Assembly (NCBI GenBank): GCA_964270895.1
Contig: OZ185436.1
Length of the DNA: 64,000 nucleotides
Reading direction: 5' to 3' (one strand)
Origin: Podarcis filfolensis
Lineage: Eukaryota
Part shown: in pieces, positions 1 to 11,925 of the stretch
Layout: every line of letters starts with the position of its first letter
Position numbering within the stretch: the first letter of the stretch is position 1
The notes under the pieces: model-generated
The model's input: only the letters and a program-made list of their open reading frames with translations
What the model was told of the DNA's origin: nothing
Databases searched by the model: none
Translations under genes and position numbers: made by a program

Positions 1-514
1 CCTGGACCTTAAATGAGAAAAAAAAAATTGGGTCAAAAACATTTGAGGATTTGAACTATGTATGGCTTGTGCACAAGCCATTGGTGGAATAACTATGTAC
101 AAGTAAAAGTAAAAACTTAAATTAAAATGAGAGAAAGCAAAGAAATGGAGCACTGTATCCATTAGAAATAACGTTGTTTGGATTGATTAGATTTTTTTTT
201 TTGCAAGCTGCCTCCTAGTAGAAGCAAGAAGAGTCAAATGAGAGATGTGGAGAGCAATGCATTGTAAGCACGTTGTGCACTGAGCGAAATGTGGTTTTAA
301 ATTAAGTCTCAGTTTTGGCAATCCAGAGGAGATTGAAAAAAGCAGCTGATATCCTTGAATAAAACTGACCTGAAACAAATATGCTGAGATTATGTCTTTA
401 GCATGATCATTGTGATTCATTGTCAGGCGTTTGCCATGCTATTAAAGTTCGTGCTGGGTTCACCTACTCCACACTCCTAAGTTTATTTTTGGTTCTCAAA
501 TTCTCTTCCTCTAG

Positions 515-625
515 GCTCTGTCTGTTGGCATTTTCCCTTATGTGCTAAAGCTTCTCCAGAGTTCTGCTCGAGAGCTAAGACCTCTTCTGGTCTTCATCTG
601 GGCCAAAATCCTTGCAGTGGACAGT
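515..625 (+). CDS. RPTOR: Raptor coding exon 13 (human numbering), [37 protein letters not shown]
   Basis: ctag|GCT...AGT|gtgagt; 111 nt, phase 0-0; translation matches recalled human Raptor 467-503. Confidence 0.97.
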
Positions 626-796
626 GTGAGTAACCATGAAATGTTAATTTAGTGATGATGCAGAATATGTTAAAAGGGCTGTCTTGATTCATTACAGAGC
701 CAACACGTGAGATAACTTGTTCATGCTTAGGAATGTCATTAATATGAGAGACTTGCCCAAAGGGAATTAATGTGGAACCATGAGCAAGTTGGACTT

Positions 797-985
797 AGGA
801 GTGTATGCAATCTGCAGGCCATTGAAGAGGGACCTAGTCAGCTCCTGCAATTTGTGGAATACTCTTCCCAGGAAGGCTTACTTGGCACCTTTAGACTCCA
901 GGAGAAAAAGTGTCTCTTCAACCAGGCAGTCGGCTGATTAACATTCTATGGCTTATTAAATGTGGGAGGTGGGTTATTGATTGAT
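797..985 (+). mobile_element. L2-type LINE 3' end fragment
   Basis: KKCLFNQAVG* resembles the L2 ORF2 C-terminus; homologous copy at about 4413-4615; boundaries approximate. Confidence 0.6.
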
Positions 986-1120
986 AATACCCCACCCATC
1001 TGGTTGGGTTTCCCCAGCCACTCTGGGCAGCTTACAGCATATACAAAAACATAATAAAAAACATAATAAAAGATGAAACATTAAAAACCTCCCAATACAG
1101 GGCTGTCTTCATGTAGCTCT
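986..1120 (-). mobile_element. L2-type LINE 3' end fragment (antisense)
   Basis: cccacccatctggttgggtttccccagccactctgggcagctt...cagggctgtcttca, recognised as a reverse-complemented squamate L2 tail; boundaries approximate. Confidence 0.55.
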
Positions 1121-2642
1121 CCTGGTCTGTCTGTCTGACCATCTACGTTGAAGCCAGTTGGGATTTACTGGAACTTACTGGTAGATCCTGCTATTAAAAG
1201 CTCAATGGTCATTTTGTGTGTTGACTCTGTATGTCTATGTCTGTCTCACTTCCTAGTCTCATTTTTAATTCACCTAAAGGTATATCAGCTTGCATTGTGC
1301 ATAAAGGTAATTGCAGACAGAAATGATTAACCAATATAAGTATTACAACATCAAAACTAGATATTTTTTTACAAGCCTGACATTTACAGTATTTGTGTTG
1401 ACTTAAGTATTTTGATTGCCTTTGCTGATTAATGCTTTAAGCACAAGCAGGAGGAAAGAGCCATGATCACGCGCTGGCATCCTTTCCTGCTGATCCAGAG
1501 TTATGTTTAGTGTTATTAAATATATTTTGGATAATGTTTTAAGAGGATTTTGGAATGCAAAGAAAATGAAAAGTAATCTTCAAGCTGTTCTGGGGGGAAA
1601 AAAGCTCTTTTTTGATACATGTTTTTGTTTGGCTGGAGATACAAGCCTCCATGTATAATTCAGAATAAGAATATATTCACTGAATCTGGCACACAGCACC
1701 GTGGAGGCCAATATGCCAATGAAATTGTTGTCAGGGAGTACAGAACACATTCCCATCTTTAAAAGATAAGGCCGGATGTAGCCTTCCAGCTTAGACTGAA
1801 GTACATGCTTTAGAGTGCCAGAGATGTAAATCCTTTAGAGTTTAGACCTCATTTATGCATTATGCTTTCTATGATCCAGCATTCTGCAGCAATTCTGGGA
1901 TTTTGAGACAGGAAGCCCTTTCCATGTTTTGTTCACTCCACTGGATATAATATCTTAGGCTGGGAAACATTTGTACTTTTTCCTCCTTTATCATTTGTGA
2001 AACATCATCTCATGTTCACACACCATCCCCCCCCTCCCATTAACCATAAGTATAATAGCAAACGTAGGGGGTATGTCCATCACAAAAGGATTCCCTGTCA
2101 ACCTGTGATCCCTAAAGGTGACAATGCCCAACCGTTTCTTTCTCCGATCCCTTAATGGGGAATTTAACATAAAAATGAAGGCATAGAAGCATTTGTGTTT
2201 GCCGTGTATATCCAAAATCCATTACATATTAGATTTCCATGACTGTCCGTCATAGTGTGACAAAGAATGAAATGCAGTGTGTTAAAAGTAGAGGAGGGGG
2301 CTGGGAGGGGCATAGGACACGGTCTGTTGCTTAACAGCCCAGTAGCAATTATCCCTTAAGGTTTAGGCTCTTATGGGTATGTTTCTTGCATGGCCATGGC
2401 ATTCCAGAGGTAGTCATTTTGCAAGATTTATGTCAGGTAACAATGTCTGCAGGGGAATGTCCTTTGAATGTAAGTGAAAGCATTATCCCAGCTGCTGTAG
2501 GCAATCATGAGAAGCTGTTGTTTTGGTGTGTTGACTGAAAGATAGATGTAGTGATTAATTGTTCAGCTGCAGTGAATCACATCTGTGCGACAGAAGAAAA
2601 AGAAGGTAGAAAGTGGAGGAAAGCTAAAAGTGTATTTCTGTG

Positions 2643-2830
2643 CAGTGTAGTGGCTAAGCTATGAACTGTGCCTCGGCCGTGAACTTGCTCGGTGACCTTA
2701 GGCAAATCACTATCTCTCAGCCTCAGTCCCACCTTCTGCAACATGGAAGACAGCAATGCTGACTTTCCTTATGGACTTGTTGTACGGATCACAACTAGAT
2801 TACATGTGAAAGCACTTGGAACAGTTGAAA
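2643..2830 (+). mobile_element. CORE (MIR-like) SINE, degraded
   Basis: gtgaccttaggcaaatcactatctctcagcctcagt...ctgcaacatgg...ttgttgtacggat CORE-like domain. Confidence 0.6.
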
Positions 2831-2967
2831 TATTTTTAAAATATCAGTGAGGTTTTAGTAGTAGTGGGTTGCTAGACAGAACTACCAGGTTAACATAATC
2901 CTTTTCAGATTGTACAGCATATACTTAATTTCACATGGTTGTACCTCAGGGCCCAGCTAATGTTTTT

Positions 2968-3133
2968 GGGAATACCTGGATAGCTCAGTTGGTTATAGCA
3001 TGGTGCTGATAACACCAAGGTTGCAGGTTCGATCCCCATACGGGACAGCTGCATTTTTCTGCATTGCAGGGGCCTGGATTAGATCAGCCTCAAGGTCTCT
3101 TTCAACTCTACCATTCTATGATTCTTTCATTCT
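2968..3133 (+). mobile_element. tRNA-Ile-derived SINE with CR1-type 3' tail
   Basis: A box tagctcagttgg, B box ggttcgatcc, tRNA-Ile-like head (gctgataac loop), ends in attctatgattct CR1-type octamer repeats. Confidence 0.8.
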
Positions 3134-3960
3134 GGCCCTGCAGAATTTCTAAAGCTAATTAATCGAGATTGGAGTCCTATATGAGAACAGGATTTAATAA
3201 AAATCATGTTTAAAACAGACTTTGAGTTCAAATGTTTCCCTGGTTCTGATTCAATTAGAGCTGTTGTTTTTCATGTTCTCTTCAGCGCATATGCTATGGG
3301 GCAGCTTTATGGTCTGGAGCACTGATCCCTGGATTATGGCTTGGTTGCACACTCTATGTATACTGTTGGACCATTGAAGACTCAGTGTAGTCTACTTACT
3401 CATTCTTCCAACTAGCTTTTCTCTTACATTCTTCTGAACAGAAAAATATTATGCATTTCATGGTTTTGTCTGCAGGATGAACAAAGAACTAAAAGATCAG
3501 AAAAAGAGGAGTGAGAGGATGCCACAAGTATGCATGATTGTGTGTTATATTGGAAAGCTTGGTTTTGGACTGTGTCTAGTTAGTGCCTTTCCTTTTTTAA
3601 AAAGATTGTTTTACGTTTTGACTGTGCAGAATGAGCAAAGTGGCAAAGCCAGCAGGAGTTGTATCTTTTTAAAAACTGTCTATGGGCACTTTGTGTGGAC
3701 ATCTTTTATTTCTATATCCACTTTAGTGTTTGAGTACTTGGTTTGGTGCTGCAGTATTCATAGTATTCATGTTTAGTTGTGTTGTGTTGTGTTTTGCAAC
3801 TAGACATACTGGATAATGTCCATCTAGACACACACATAGTAGGCAACAGAAGCAGAAGGCCTGCCAACCCTCTTGAGCAAATATGGGCACAGCTATTGTT
3901 GACATGGGGGGCATTTGGGGGTAGTGTATTGACACAGTGTTGTAATATGACTCTTCAACC

Positions 3961-4143
3961 ATATGGGAACATAGGAAGCTGCTGTATATTGAGTCAGACC
4001 AGTGATCCATCTTGTTTAGTATTGTCTACACTGATGGCAGTGGCTCTTCGGGTTTCAGGCAGAAGTCTTTCCCAGCCCTATCTAGAGATGCTGGGGATTG
4101 AACCTGGGACCTCAGCTGTTCCATCACAGAGCTACGGCCCTTC
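3961..4143 (-). mobile_element. tRNA-headed SINE with CR1-like tail (long type), antisense
   Basis: Reverse complement has gggccgtagctc head, ccaggttcaatcccc B box and cagcttcctatgttc tail; sense copies at 11728, 22184, 34939. Confidence 0.7.
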
Positions 4144-4151
4144 CCCTAGGA

Positions 4152-4287
4152 CAGGCACAGGCAAACTCAGCCCTCCAGATGTTTTGTGACTACAACTCCC
4201 ATCATCCCTAGCTAATAGGACCAGTGGTCATGGATGGTGGGAGTTGTGGTCCCGAAACATCTGGAGTGCCGAGTTTGCCTTTGCCTG
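4152..4287. mobile_element. Palindromic hAT MITE (about 136 bp)
   Basis: TIR caggcacaggcaaactc/gagtttgcctttgcctg; perfect 8-bp TSD CCCTAGGA (4144-4151, 4288-4295). Confidence 0.88.
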
Positions 4288-4412
4288 CCCTAGGATGTTG
4301 GGGATTAAAGTAAGATGCCCAGAAGGAAAGAAGCCTATGCTGTTGGGCTCCATCTCCATGTATTATTCAGCCAGTGCAAACCCAATGAATGACTGTTGAA
4401 GCAGTGGTTTTA

Positions 4413-4615
4413 GGAGTGCACGTAATCTCTAGGCCATTGAAGAAGGATCTACAGTTTGTAGAGGGAGGCTTGCGTGGGGCCTTTGTGACATATTGTTAGG
4501 CTCCAGGTGAAAAAGTTTCTCTTCAACCATGCATTTGGCTGATTAACATTCTATGGCTTTTTAAATGTGTTCGTGGGAGGTGGGTTATTGGTTTTGTTTG
4601 GTTTTTGTTTTATTG
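4413..4615 (+). mobile_element. L2-type LINE 3' end fragment
   Basis: Shares ggagtg...aggccattgaaga...tctcttcaacca.gca...ggctgattaacattctatggctt..taaatgtg...ggaggtgggttattg with 797-985. Confidence 0.6.
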
Positions 4616-7600
4616 TGTATTTTGTATTCTCATTTTGTATTTTTCTGTTGGGAGCCTCCCTGGGATCTTTGGATGAAGGGCTGTGTACAAACTTAATAAA
4701 TATTAATAAAATAATAATAATTTGTATTGTGGGGACTTTTGCTAGGCCAATTTTTACTGGGAATATTAATGAGCTGGGGGGGGGGGAATCTTGAATGAAA
4801 TTTCCCTTGACCATCCTATGGGAGTAATCATGTGATGTGCCAATCATTAAGTCATTGTAAAGGTATGTTAGATCAAGTAATGAACATGTATTAACATCAG
4901 GTTTAGATTTGGTGGATAATACATTTTTAAATTCCCAATAGTATTCATTCATAACTTTCCTACATAATCAGAATGTTTGGGCAGCTGAAATCAGACCACT
5001 GGATCTTCCAGCTCTCCTGTTTTTGTTTTAATAATTCTTTCTTAAGGCCATAGATAGACAAATATAAACAATATCCTTTGCTAGCCTGCAGGCACTGGAA
5101 TTAAGGAGTTGTAACTTAGAACTGTGATCACCCCATTAATGATAGTATAATTGACCATCACCATCCAGCTCCTGACAGTACATAAGTTAACTAGTGTTAA
5201 TTTAAACTCCATGTAATAATGGTGCCAGTGGGATGCTTATTGTAGAGATAGAAATAACCACATTAGTAAAAGAGCAACTGCTCAGTATTTTACTGCATTA
5301 ATGTCAATGCCCATTTAAATAAGTATACTGAGGTTTTCAAAAGGGAAGATGGTGACTCTTTAACCTGTGTAATAATGTACTACTGAAAAATCCCACTAGT
5401 AGAATTTTAGGGAAGAGTGAGATCTTGTGACCAAACAAAATGTTCCCAACACCCCTTTATTTTAGATTGTGCCCTTCAATGATGAATCTAGCATCTTATA
5501 CTTGAGCTTAAGTAGGTATGTGCCACCCTCAGATTTGTGTTTCAGCATCACAAGGTTCATATTTTTTCTTCCCTGCTGAGGGAGGAAATATGCAGCTGAT
5601 AATGAAAGCCCATTGTTACCTGCCCTCTTCTGCGTGCAGAGAGGTCTTTAATTGCTCACAGATGTTGGCAGTTCATACCACCTTCACAGCAAGCTTGCCA
5701 CCATTCTGTTTTTACTGGTATGTCACGATTGCTTGAAGGAGGGCGATGCCATTGATGCTGATGTACGTTCAGTATTCCCCCCACCCCCAGGTATCATATT
5801 GAGAGTACAGATTAATGCTCAATGTTATCACCAGAGTCTTCCACTGCAGGGTCTGTTTTCCTCAGGCAGGCAGTATACTGTTGGAATCTGGTGGAAGTAG
5901 TAACCAGTTTCTGGACAAATAAGTGGCCACTTACCTAATTGGCATCAGTATTAAAAGAGAGCCCAAAATAACCATTCATTGGAAGCAGCAAGCCCCACCC
6001 CCACCCTCAGCAAGAGTTAAGCCTGCTTATACATACAGCTTGGCTTCAGTCATTTTCTCCTACTTTGCAGCTGTCTGCAACAAGCAGCTTTAGTTACCTG
6101 AACAGTGTAGTTATTCTCTTGAATCTTTGTCTCTCCCACCCGCTTTGTTTGACCCCCACCCTTCTTGCATTTTCAATCAGGAATAAAGAATGGTTACTAT
6201 TTACCTACCTGGTGTTTAGCATCCTGCAGAACTCACTGGAGAGAGTTCAAAGCAAAGTCAGCTTCCTTCCTTTCTCTTCTCTCTACCTATTGTCACTTTA
6301 GTCTTTCATATAAATGTATGTATGTACGTACGTGTGCATGTGTTCATTCATCCTCTTTTTCTGGCCTTAATATGTCATCCCCAATGCTTAAACTGGCATG
6401 CAAGTGCACAATGTTTCAAGAAGCAGTTGCTAATGAGCCTTATTAGCACTAAAAGCCAGCCTGCTTGATTCTCATCTAATTGGCATCCAATATGAAACGT
6501 GGGGAAATCTCACTTTCAAAGGGAATTATTCTCTTATCAGGAGAGGTGGGCTATGTCATTTCCTTATTATCAGACACAGCAAAATTCTGGGAAACATTCA
6601 TTTAAACTGGAAATGAATAAAAGGGGTTGAATCAGGGACGCCATCTGTGTGGGGGAGCTTAACCTGTTTCCCACCATGCCAACACCAGTTGTTAAGAATC
6701 AAACCTTCTCCTAACAACATTGGGCCATCCTATCATATGTTTCTTGGTCACAGTATGAAAGGATTTTAGGTCCATCCCTGTGATTTAGGCCAAAACACAT
6801 GCTATCAGGTTTAGTTCAGTCTCTAGAAGATTATATGCTGCTTCTGTGTCCTTGATCCTGAAGTTCCTCTCCATATTTTGCCATTTCTTTCCTGTATGCC
6901 TTTCTCCTCCTGCTGCAGTTTATCCAAGACACAACCCTGCCATGATTTGAGATTTGTGTTTTTGCAGCCATTTCTTCAACTTCACTCTGTAAATTAGCAT
7001 TTTGTTGACGTTGGCTTGGCCTGCTTTTGAGATGATTTTCGTCTGGCAATAGGTCCCAGCTTAACAGTTTCATCTCATAACTACAACACCATGCTTCTCA
7101 ACCTAGTGGCCTTTAGGGGACCAAACATGAGTTTGAAGACTTTTTATTAGTGACTTGTGCCCTTTTCTTATTTCCTCTACATTTTTCTACACAGTAGAAC
7201 ATTTGGAATAATTAGCATTGAGGAACATGCTGTAGAAAGGTTACGTTTGGTTTGGTCATCTCACTTGATATTTCACAAAGGGTCTGTGAACAGAAATCTA
7301 GTATCCTGCAGTTTAGGAAGAATGCTCACTGCTCAGACCATTGCAGGTTTGATATGACATAAACAACTAAATTCTACAGCCTTGTTGTGAGCATACTAAA
7401 TAGAGTACTTTATGGTTGTCAAAATATTGACAAGTTTTTGTCTAATAAGTTAAATCATGGTTCATTGGGCACAAGCTGTGTTCACTGTTGGCTGTAATTG
7501 TCACTGGCTCACCCAAGCTGAGTTAGGTACTTCTTCCTCCTTGCAGAAAGCCCATTAGTAGAAGCCAAGGAAGAATGGAACACTCTAAATAAATGTTAAA

Positions 7601-7643
7601 GGCCAGTACGTAAGGACAGAGCAAATGCACTCTACTCTTAGAG

Positions 7644-7780
7644 CAGGGAAGCCAACATGATGCCCTCAAGATGCTTCTAAGCTACAAGTCCCAGCAGCTG
7701 CAGCCAGCAGGGCCAGTGGTCAGGGATGATGGGAGCTGTAGTCCAACAATATCTGGAGGGCATTGTGTTGGCCATCCCTG
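7644..7780. mobile_element. Palindromic hAT MITE
   Basis: cagg...cctg ends; perfect 8-bp TSD TCTTAGAG; same internal hairpin family as 4152-4287. Confidence 0.85.
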
Positions 7781-8527
7781 TCTTAGAGTTTTAATCAACA
7801 CTGTTGTCATACTGCTGCAACAGTAATGGCTAGAAAACTGCCGGAAGCCAAATTCTACCATTCATGGTACAGTTGCTTTCATGCAATAAACTGAATCCCT
7901 GTGCCTGTCCTTGGGGCTTAGACCAGAAAATCTGCAGGATCTGTGTTATGGTGAGAGGCGTATGCAGAGGGGAGCAACATCTGCGTATCACTGATGTACG
8001 TGCATCTTCCAGACAGCTTTTTCTGAGTTTTCAGAACAGACCAAGTTTCTTTAAGCTGGGTTTTGTGGCATATCCATCTCAAATTGCCTCATCAGATACA
8101 GAGAACAGAGAAGAATGCCAATGCCAAATGAGCCACCTGGTTCCCAAGGTAGCTGCTGAAAAGGAAAGTTTAAAGTCATTCCCTTTCTCCCCATGGCTGT
8201 GTTTAGCATAAAAGTCAAAGGAAGTATAAAAGAAACAGGAGGACCCCGAATTTTGTCAGTTACAGAATAAGTATAGTTATGTAGTCTGGGAGATGTTGCT
8301 TCTTTCTACACCTGGCTTGCAGATGGCTGTACTCCCAGTACATTGCTTAGGCGGAATGAGCCAAAGCTGAGTTGTTATCTGTATAACTGGCTTCCTGATT
8401 ATTGCTTTCAAGGACTCTCTGTACACGTGCAATTGATGAACTAAATGGAAATCATTCGAAGACTAAAAATAAATTATCTTCAGCTTATTGCTCTCTCTCC
8501 CCCCACCCCATCTGTCTTGTTTTTCAG

Positions 8528-8602
8528 TCATGCCAAGCCGACCTTGTGAAGGACAATGGTCACAAATATTTCCTTTCTGTTTTGGCAGATCCCTACATGC
8601 CG
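8528..8602 (+). CDS. RPTOR: Raptor exon 14, SCQADLVKDNGHKYFLSVLADPYMP
   Basis: ttttcag|TCA...CCG|gtaagg; 75 nt, phase 0-0. Confidence 0.97.
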
Positions 8603-8829
8603 GTAAGGTCAAATAATCAGTCTTCACCACCATCCACCATCCCACCTCTCTGATTAGAACTTATGCTGATTCATGTGCTGCACTTATGAGGCAGCCATGC
8701 TGTTGATTTTGTAGGTGGTTAGAAGTTACACAAAGTTGTAACATGCAACTGTCCTGCTGATGAGTAGCATGGAGAAAATGGTTAGAGGACACTTTCTCCC
8801 TTTTCCTTAAAGGAATGAAATGGTTTGGC

Positions 8830-9148
8830 AGTATATTCAGGACAGACAAAGGGAAGTTATTTCTTCACACACTGCATTTGTGGACTTCATTTCCAAAGGC
8901 TTAGATGACTTTCAAAGGGGTTTAGATAAATTCATGGTCCATCAGTGGCTATTAACCATAATGACTAAATGAAACCTCCATGTTCAGAGGAAGTACGCCA
9001 CTGAATACCAGTTATTGGTGGGGTGGGCATTATCTTCATTCACTGCTTTTTGGCTTCCTGGGGGGGGGGGGTCAGGTTGGCCACTGTTGGGAAAAGAGAA
9101 CCTGGGCTAGATAGACCTTTGATGTGGTCCAACAGGCTACTCTTACAA
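8830..9148 (+). mobile_element. CR1 LINE 3' end, degraded
   Basis: gatgactttcaaaggggtttagataaattcatgg (DDFQRGLDKFM, CR1 ORF2 end) followed by a CR1-like 3' UTR; boundaries approximate. Confidence 0.7.
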
Positions 9149-9897
9149 GGTGGGACACATAAATCAAAGAAGAATCTTAAATTGCACACCTTTTTCTTTT
9201 GCTCAGTATTAATTTCTTCTTGTGAAAGAAACCACAATAAATGAGCTAAAGGGGTTATTTATTGTCAATAAATGTATTTTAAGCCTGTTAAAGAAAAATA
9301 ATGTTGCAGTAAGGGCCCTGGTAGGTTTTTTTGTATTTTTTAAAAACTTCACTACTGTTGCTAGCATGAATCAGTCGGGCACTGTTCTCTTCTCTGTTAT
9401 TATTTTTGTAATCTTGCACTTAAGGGAAAATAAAATGTCATACAAAATAATTTCCAGTCTTCCCACACTGCATGTGAAATGTACTGTCTTTGGGAAATGT
9501 TTATATAGTTCTTTAAATGTATTGGAAGCACAAAAGGTATTTGACACATGGAGAGGTAGAGATGACAGAAAATTTTCAGAATTCTTTTAGAGAAGGATGC
9601 AAATCCTGTGCAACCTTTTTATTTTGTCTGAAACGTGTCTGTCTATTTGTTGTGGCAGACGTTGTGTTTTGTGATTTAAAGTTAAAAGCACTTTCCACCT
9701 TTGTACCCTTAGAAAGCTTGAACCCACAGTTAAATGAATTTACACGCTTCTATTTGAAAGGGCAGTCATACAAGCAAATGAGATTAAGTCATTTTCATGG
9801 CCATTTTCATTATTTCATTTAATTTGGATTGTTAAGTTAGGGAGACCTTTGAGAACCCTCAGTGTCAAAAGAGGCAAGTTCCAGCAGGAAGGATTTT

Positions 9898-9898
<1 letters not shown>

Positions 9899-9943
<45 letters not shown>
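9899..9943. repeat. (TAA)15 microsatellite
   Basis: Pure TAA run about 73 nt upstream of exon 15. Confidence 0.95.
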
Positions 9944-9945
<2 letters not shown>

Positions 9946-10016
9946 TCTTTACCTTGAAATATTCAAGGTAATATTATTATTTTATCTAATCCTCAATCTT
10001 TTGTGTGTGTTTTCAG

Positions 10017-10082
10017 GCTGAACATAGGACGATGACAGCTTTTATTCTGGCAGTGATTGTCAACAACTACAATACCGGGCAG
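10017..10082 (+). CDS. RPTOR: Raptor exon 15, AEHRTMTAFILAVIVNNYNTGQ
   Basis: tttcag|GCT...CAG|gtgagt; 66 nt, phase 0-0. Confidence 0.97.
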
Positions 10083-10262
10083 GTGAGTAAAAGTTGAGGA
10101 ATGGTGTGGATGGCTCTACATCTGACCTCCTTAATAATCTTGAATAAAAATGTTAGGGACCTTACCCCATGCATCTATGCTGCTCTAAAAGAGTTGTTTT
10201 CCTTAGAATTGTTTTATCGGCAAATAACGCGTTAAAATATCATGCTCTGCCCTTTGTTATAG

Positions 10263-10454
10263 GAAGCCTGTCTTCAAGGGAACTTGATTGCCATTTGCCT
10301 GGAGCAGCTCAATGATCCACATCCTCTTCTGCGCCAGTGGGTGGCTATTTGCTTGGGGCGAATTTGGCAGAATTTTGACTCTGCGAGGTGGTGCGGTGTG
10401 AGGGACAGTGCCCATGAAAAGCTCTACAGCCTTCTCTCTGATCCAATCCCAGAG
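10263..10454 (+). CDS. RPTOR: Raptor exon 16, EACLQGNLIA...LLSDPIPE
   Basis: ttatag|GAA...GAG|gtaata; 192 nt, phase 0-0; overlaps ORF 10284-10562. Confidence 0.97.
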
Positions 10455-11466
10455 GTAATACAGCATCCAGTGGAGAGAGTGGTTCATGTGCTTGCCTTAG
10501 CTACCCAAAACCACTTCCCTATATTACTTGATCTGATCAGGGTACACAACACTAAACTTTGAAAGTATTCTTTCATTTTTTAAAAACAAATTATTAATGA
10601 AAGTATTTCTGTACCACCATGTAACATATGTGGGCAAGTGTACAGCAATTAAATATAAAACACCTTTTAAAACAATTCAAATAACCATTAAAGTGGCTGG
10701 CTAATGAAACAGCTGCAAAGGCTGTTTAATTTATGAAGATCTTAACTAATAAGGCATGAACATGATTAAAAGAAATCTTAGTCAATTAATTTCATGAGTT
10801 TTGAGTGATTTATCTAGTAATTAATTCTATATATGGGTAAAAATAGTAATTCTGAAGGAAGCTTTCTTCATTGTAGCAGATGTCATATTTTAATATGTGT
10901 TCCCTTCTATGTAAAAGAAAAGACAGAATGCCTCTTTTAAAAGAGCACTCACCACTTGTAGCTTTTATGAATACTTGTATTAGGCAACATCCAGTGATGT
11001 CTGCCTTCTTATGCAATGGAAATCTGTTGGTGCAATAGAACCTCTGGTCTTTGTCTCCCTGTACATGCCCAAAATCCACTCCAGAGGATTTCTCAGTTTT
11101 CTGGAGCTGATTTTGCAGATTGGGGGGACTGTAAGGTGGAAGAGAAGGAGAAGCCCATGAATACCTGCCCAGTTAATTTATTTGATTAAAGCTTATACTA
11201 ACTTATTACTCTATTAACTATTGCAGCCCTGTAATCTGTTAACTATTGCAGATTTCAGCTGATGTGTTGAGGGTCTACTGGCCATGTGAAAAAAACATAG
11301 TTCTCATATGTCTGCATTTACTTACTAGATGTGTCCTTAATGTTGGGAGTCCTTTCCAATAGGATGGATATGTTATCTTATGACATCTTTGCACTAAAAC
11401 ATGCAAGTGACAAAGTGCATGCTAAGAGTTTAAGTTGGACAGAGATTATTTATGTTTCTTTTTCAG

Positions 11467-11607
11467 GTTCGCTGTGCTGCAGTCTTTGCCCTTGGCACCT
11501 TTGTAGGCAATTCGGCTGAGCGGACAGATCATTCTACCACTATTGATCACAACGTTGCCATGATGCTGGCTCAGCTCATCAACGATGGAAGTCCCATGGT
11601 CCGAAAG
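11467..11607 (+). CDS. RPTOR: Raptor exon 17, VRCAAVFALG...DGSPMVRK
   Basis: tttcag|GTT...AAG|gtataa; 141 nt, phase 0-0. Confidence 0.97.
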
Positions 11608-11727
11608 GTATAACATGGGGTTGGGAGGGGTAGGTGCTAGAGCCCCTGTGTTGCTGCTTGTTAGTCCTGTCCTCACTGACTTTTATAGTTCATTGCAGCT
11701 GTTCAAAACTTTGATTTACTGAAAACA

Positions 11728-11925
11728 GGGAAAACCCATAGCTCAGTGATAATGCACATCCTTTGCATGCAGAATGTTCCAGTTTTAACCTCCAGCCTAT
11801 TCCAATTAGCAGAGCTGTGGGTCTCACTGCCTGAGACCTCAGAGAACCTCTGACAATCAGAGTAAACGATACTGGACGAAATGGACCAATGATCAGATTC
11901 CTTATTCAGCAGCTTCATCCTATGT
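11728..11925 (+). mobile_element. tRNA-headed SINE with CR1-like tail, degraded
   Basis: catagctcagtgataatgcacatcctttgcatgcagaa...atggaccaatgatcagatt...cagcttc...ctatgtt. Confidence 0.65.

Noticed and set aside
2972-3047. tRNA-Ile(GAT) gene
   Set aside because: Acceptor and T stems do not pair, and it continues into a CR1-type tail, so it is a SINE head.
5466-5515. 50-nt pseudoexon (ttttag ... TAG|gtatgt)
   Set aside because: Frameshifting, with nothing to distinguish it from background pseudoexons.
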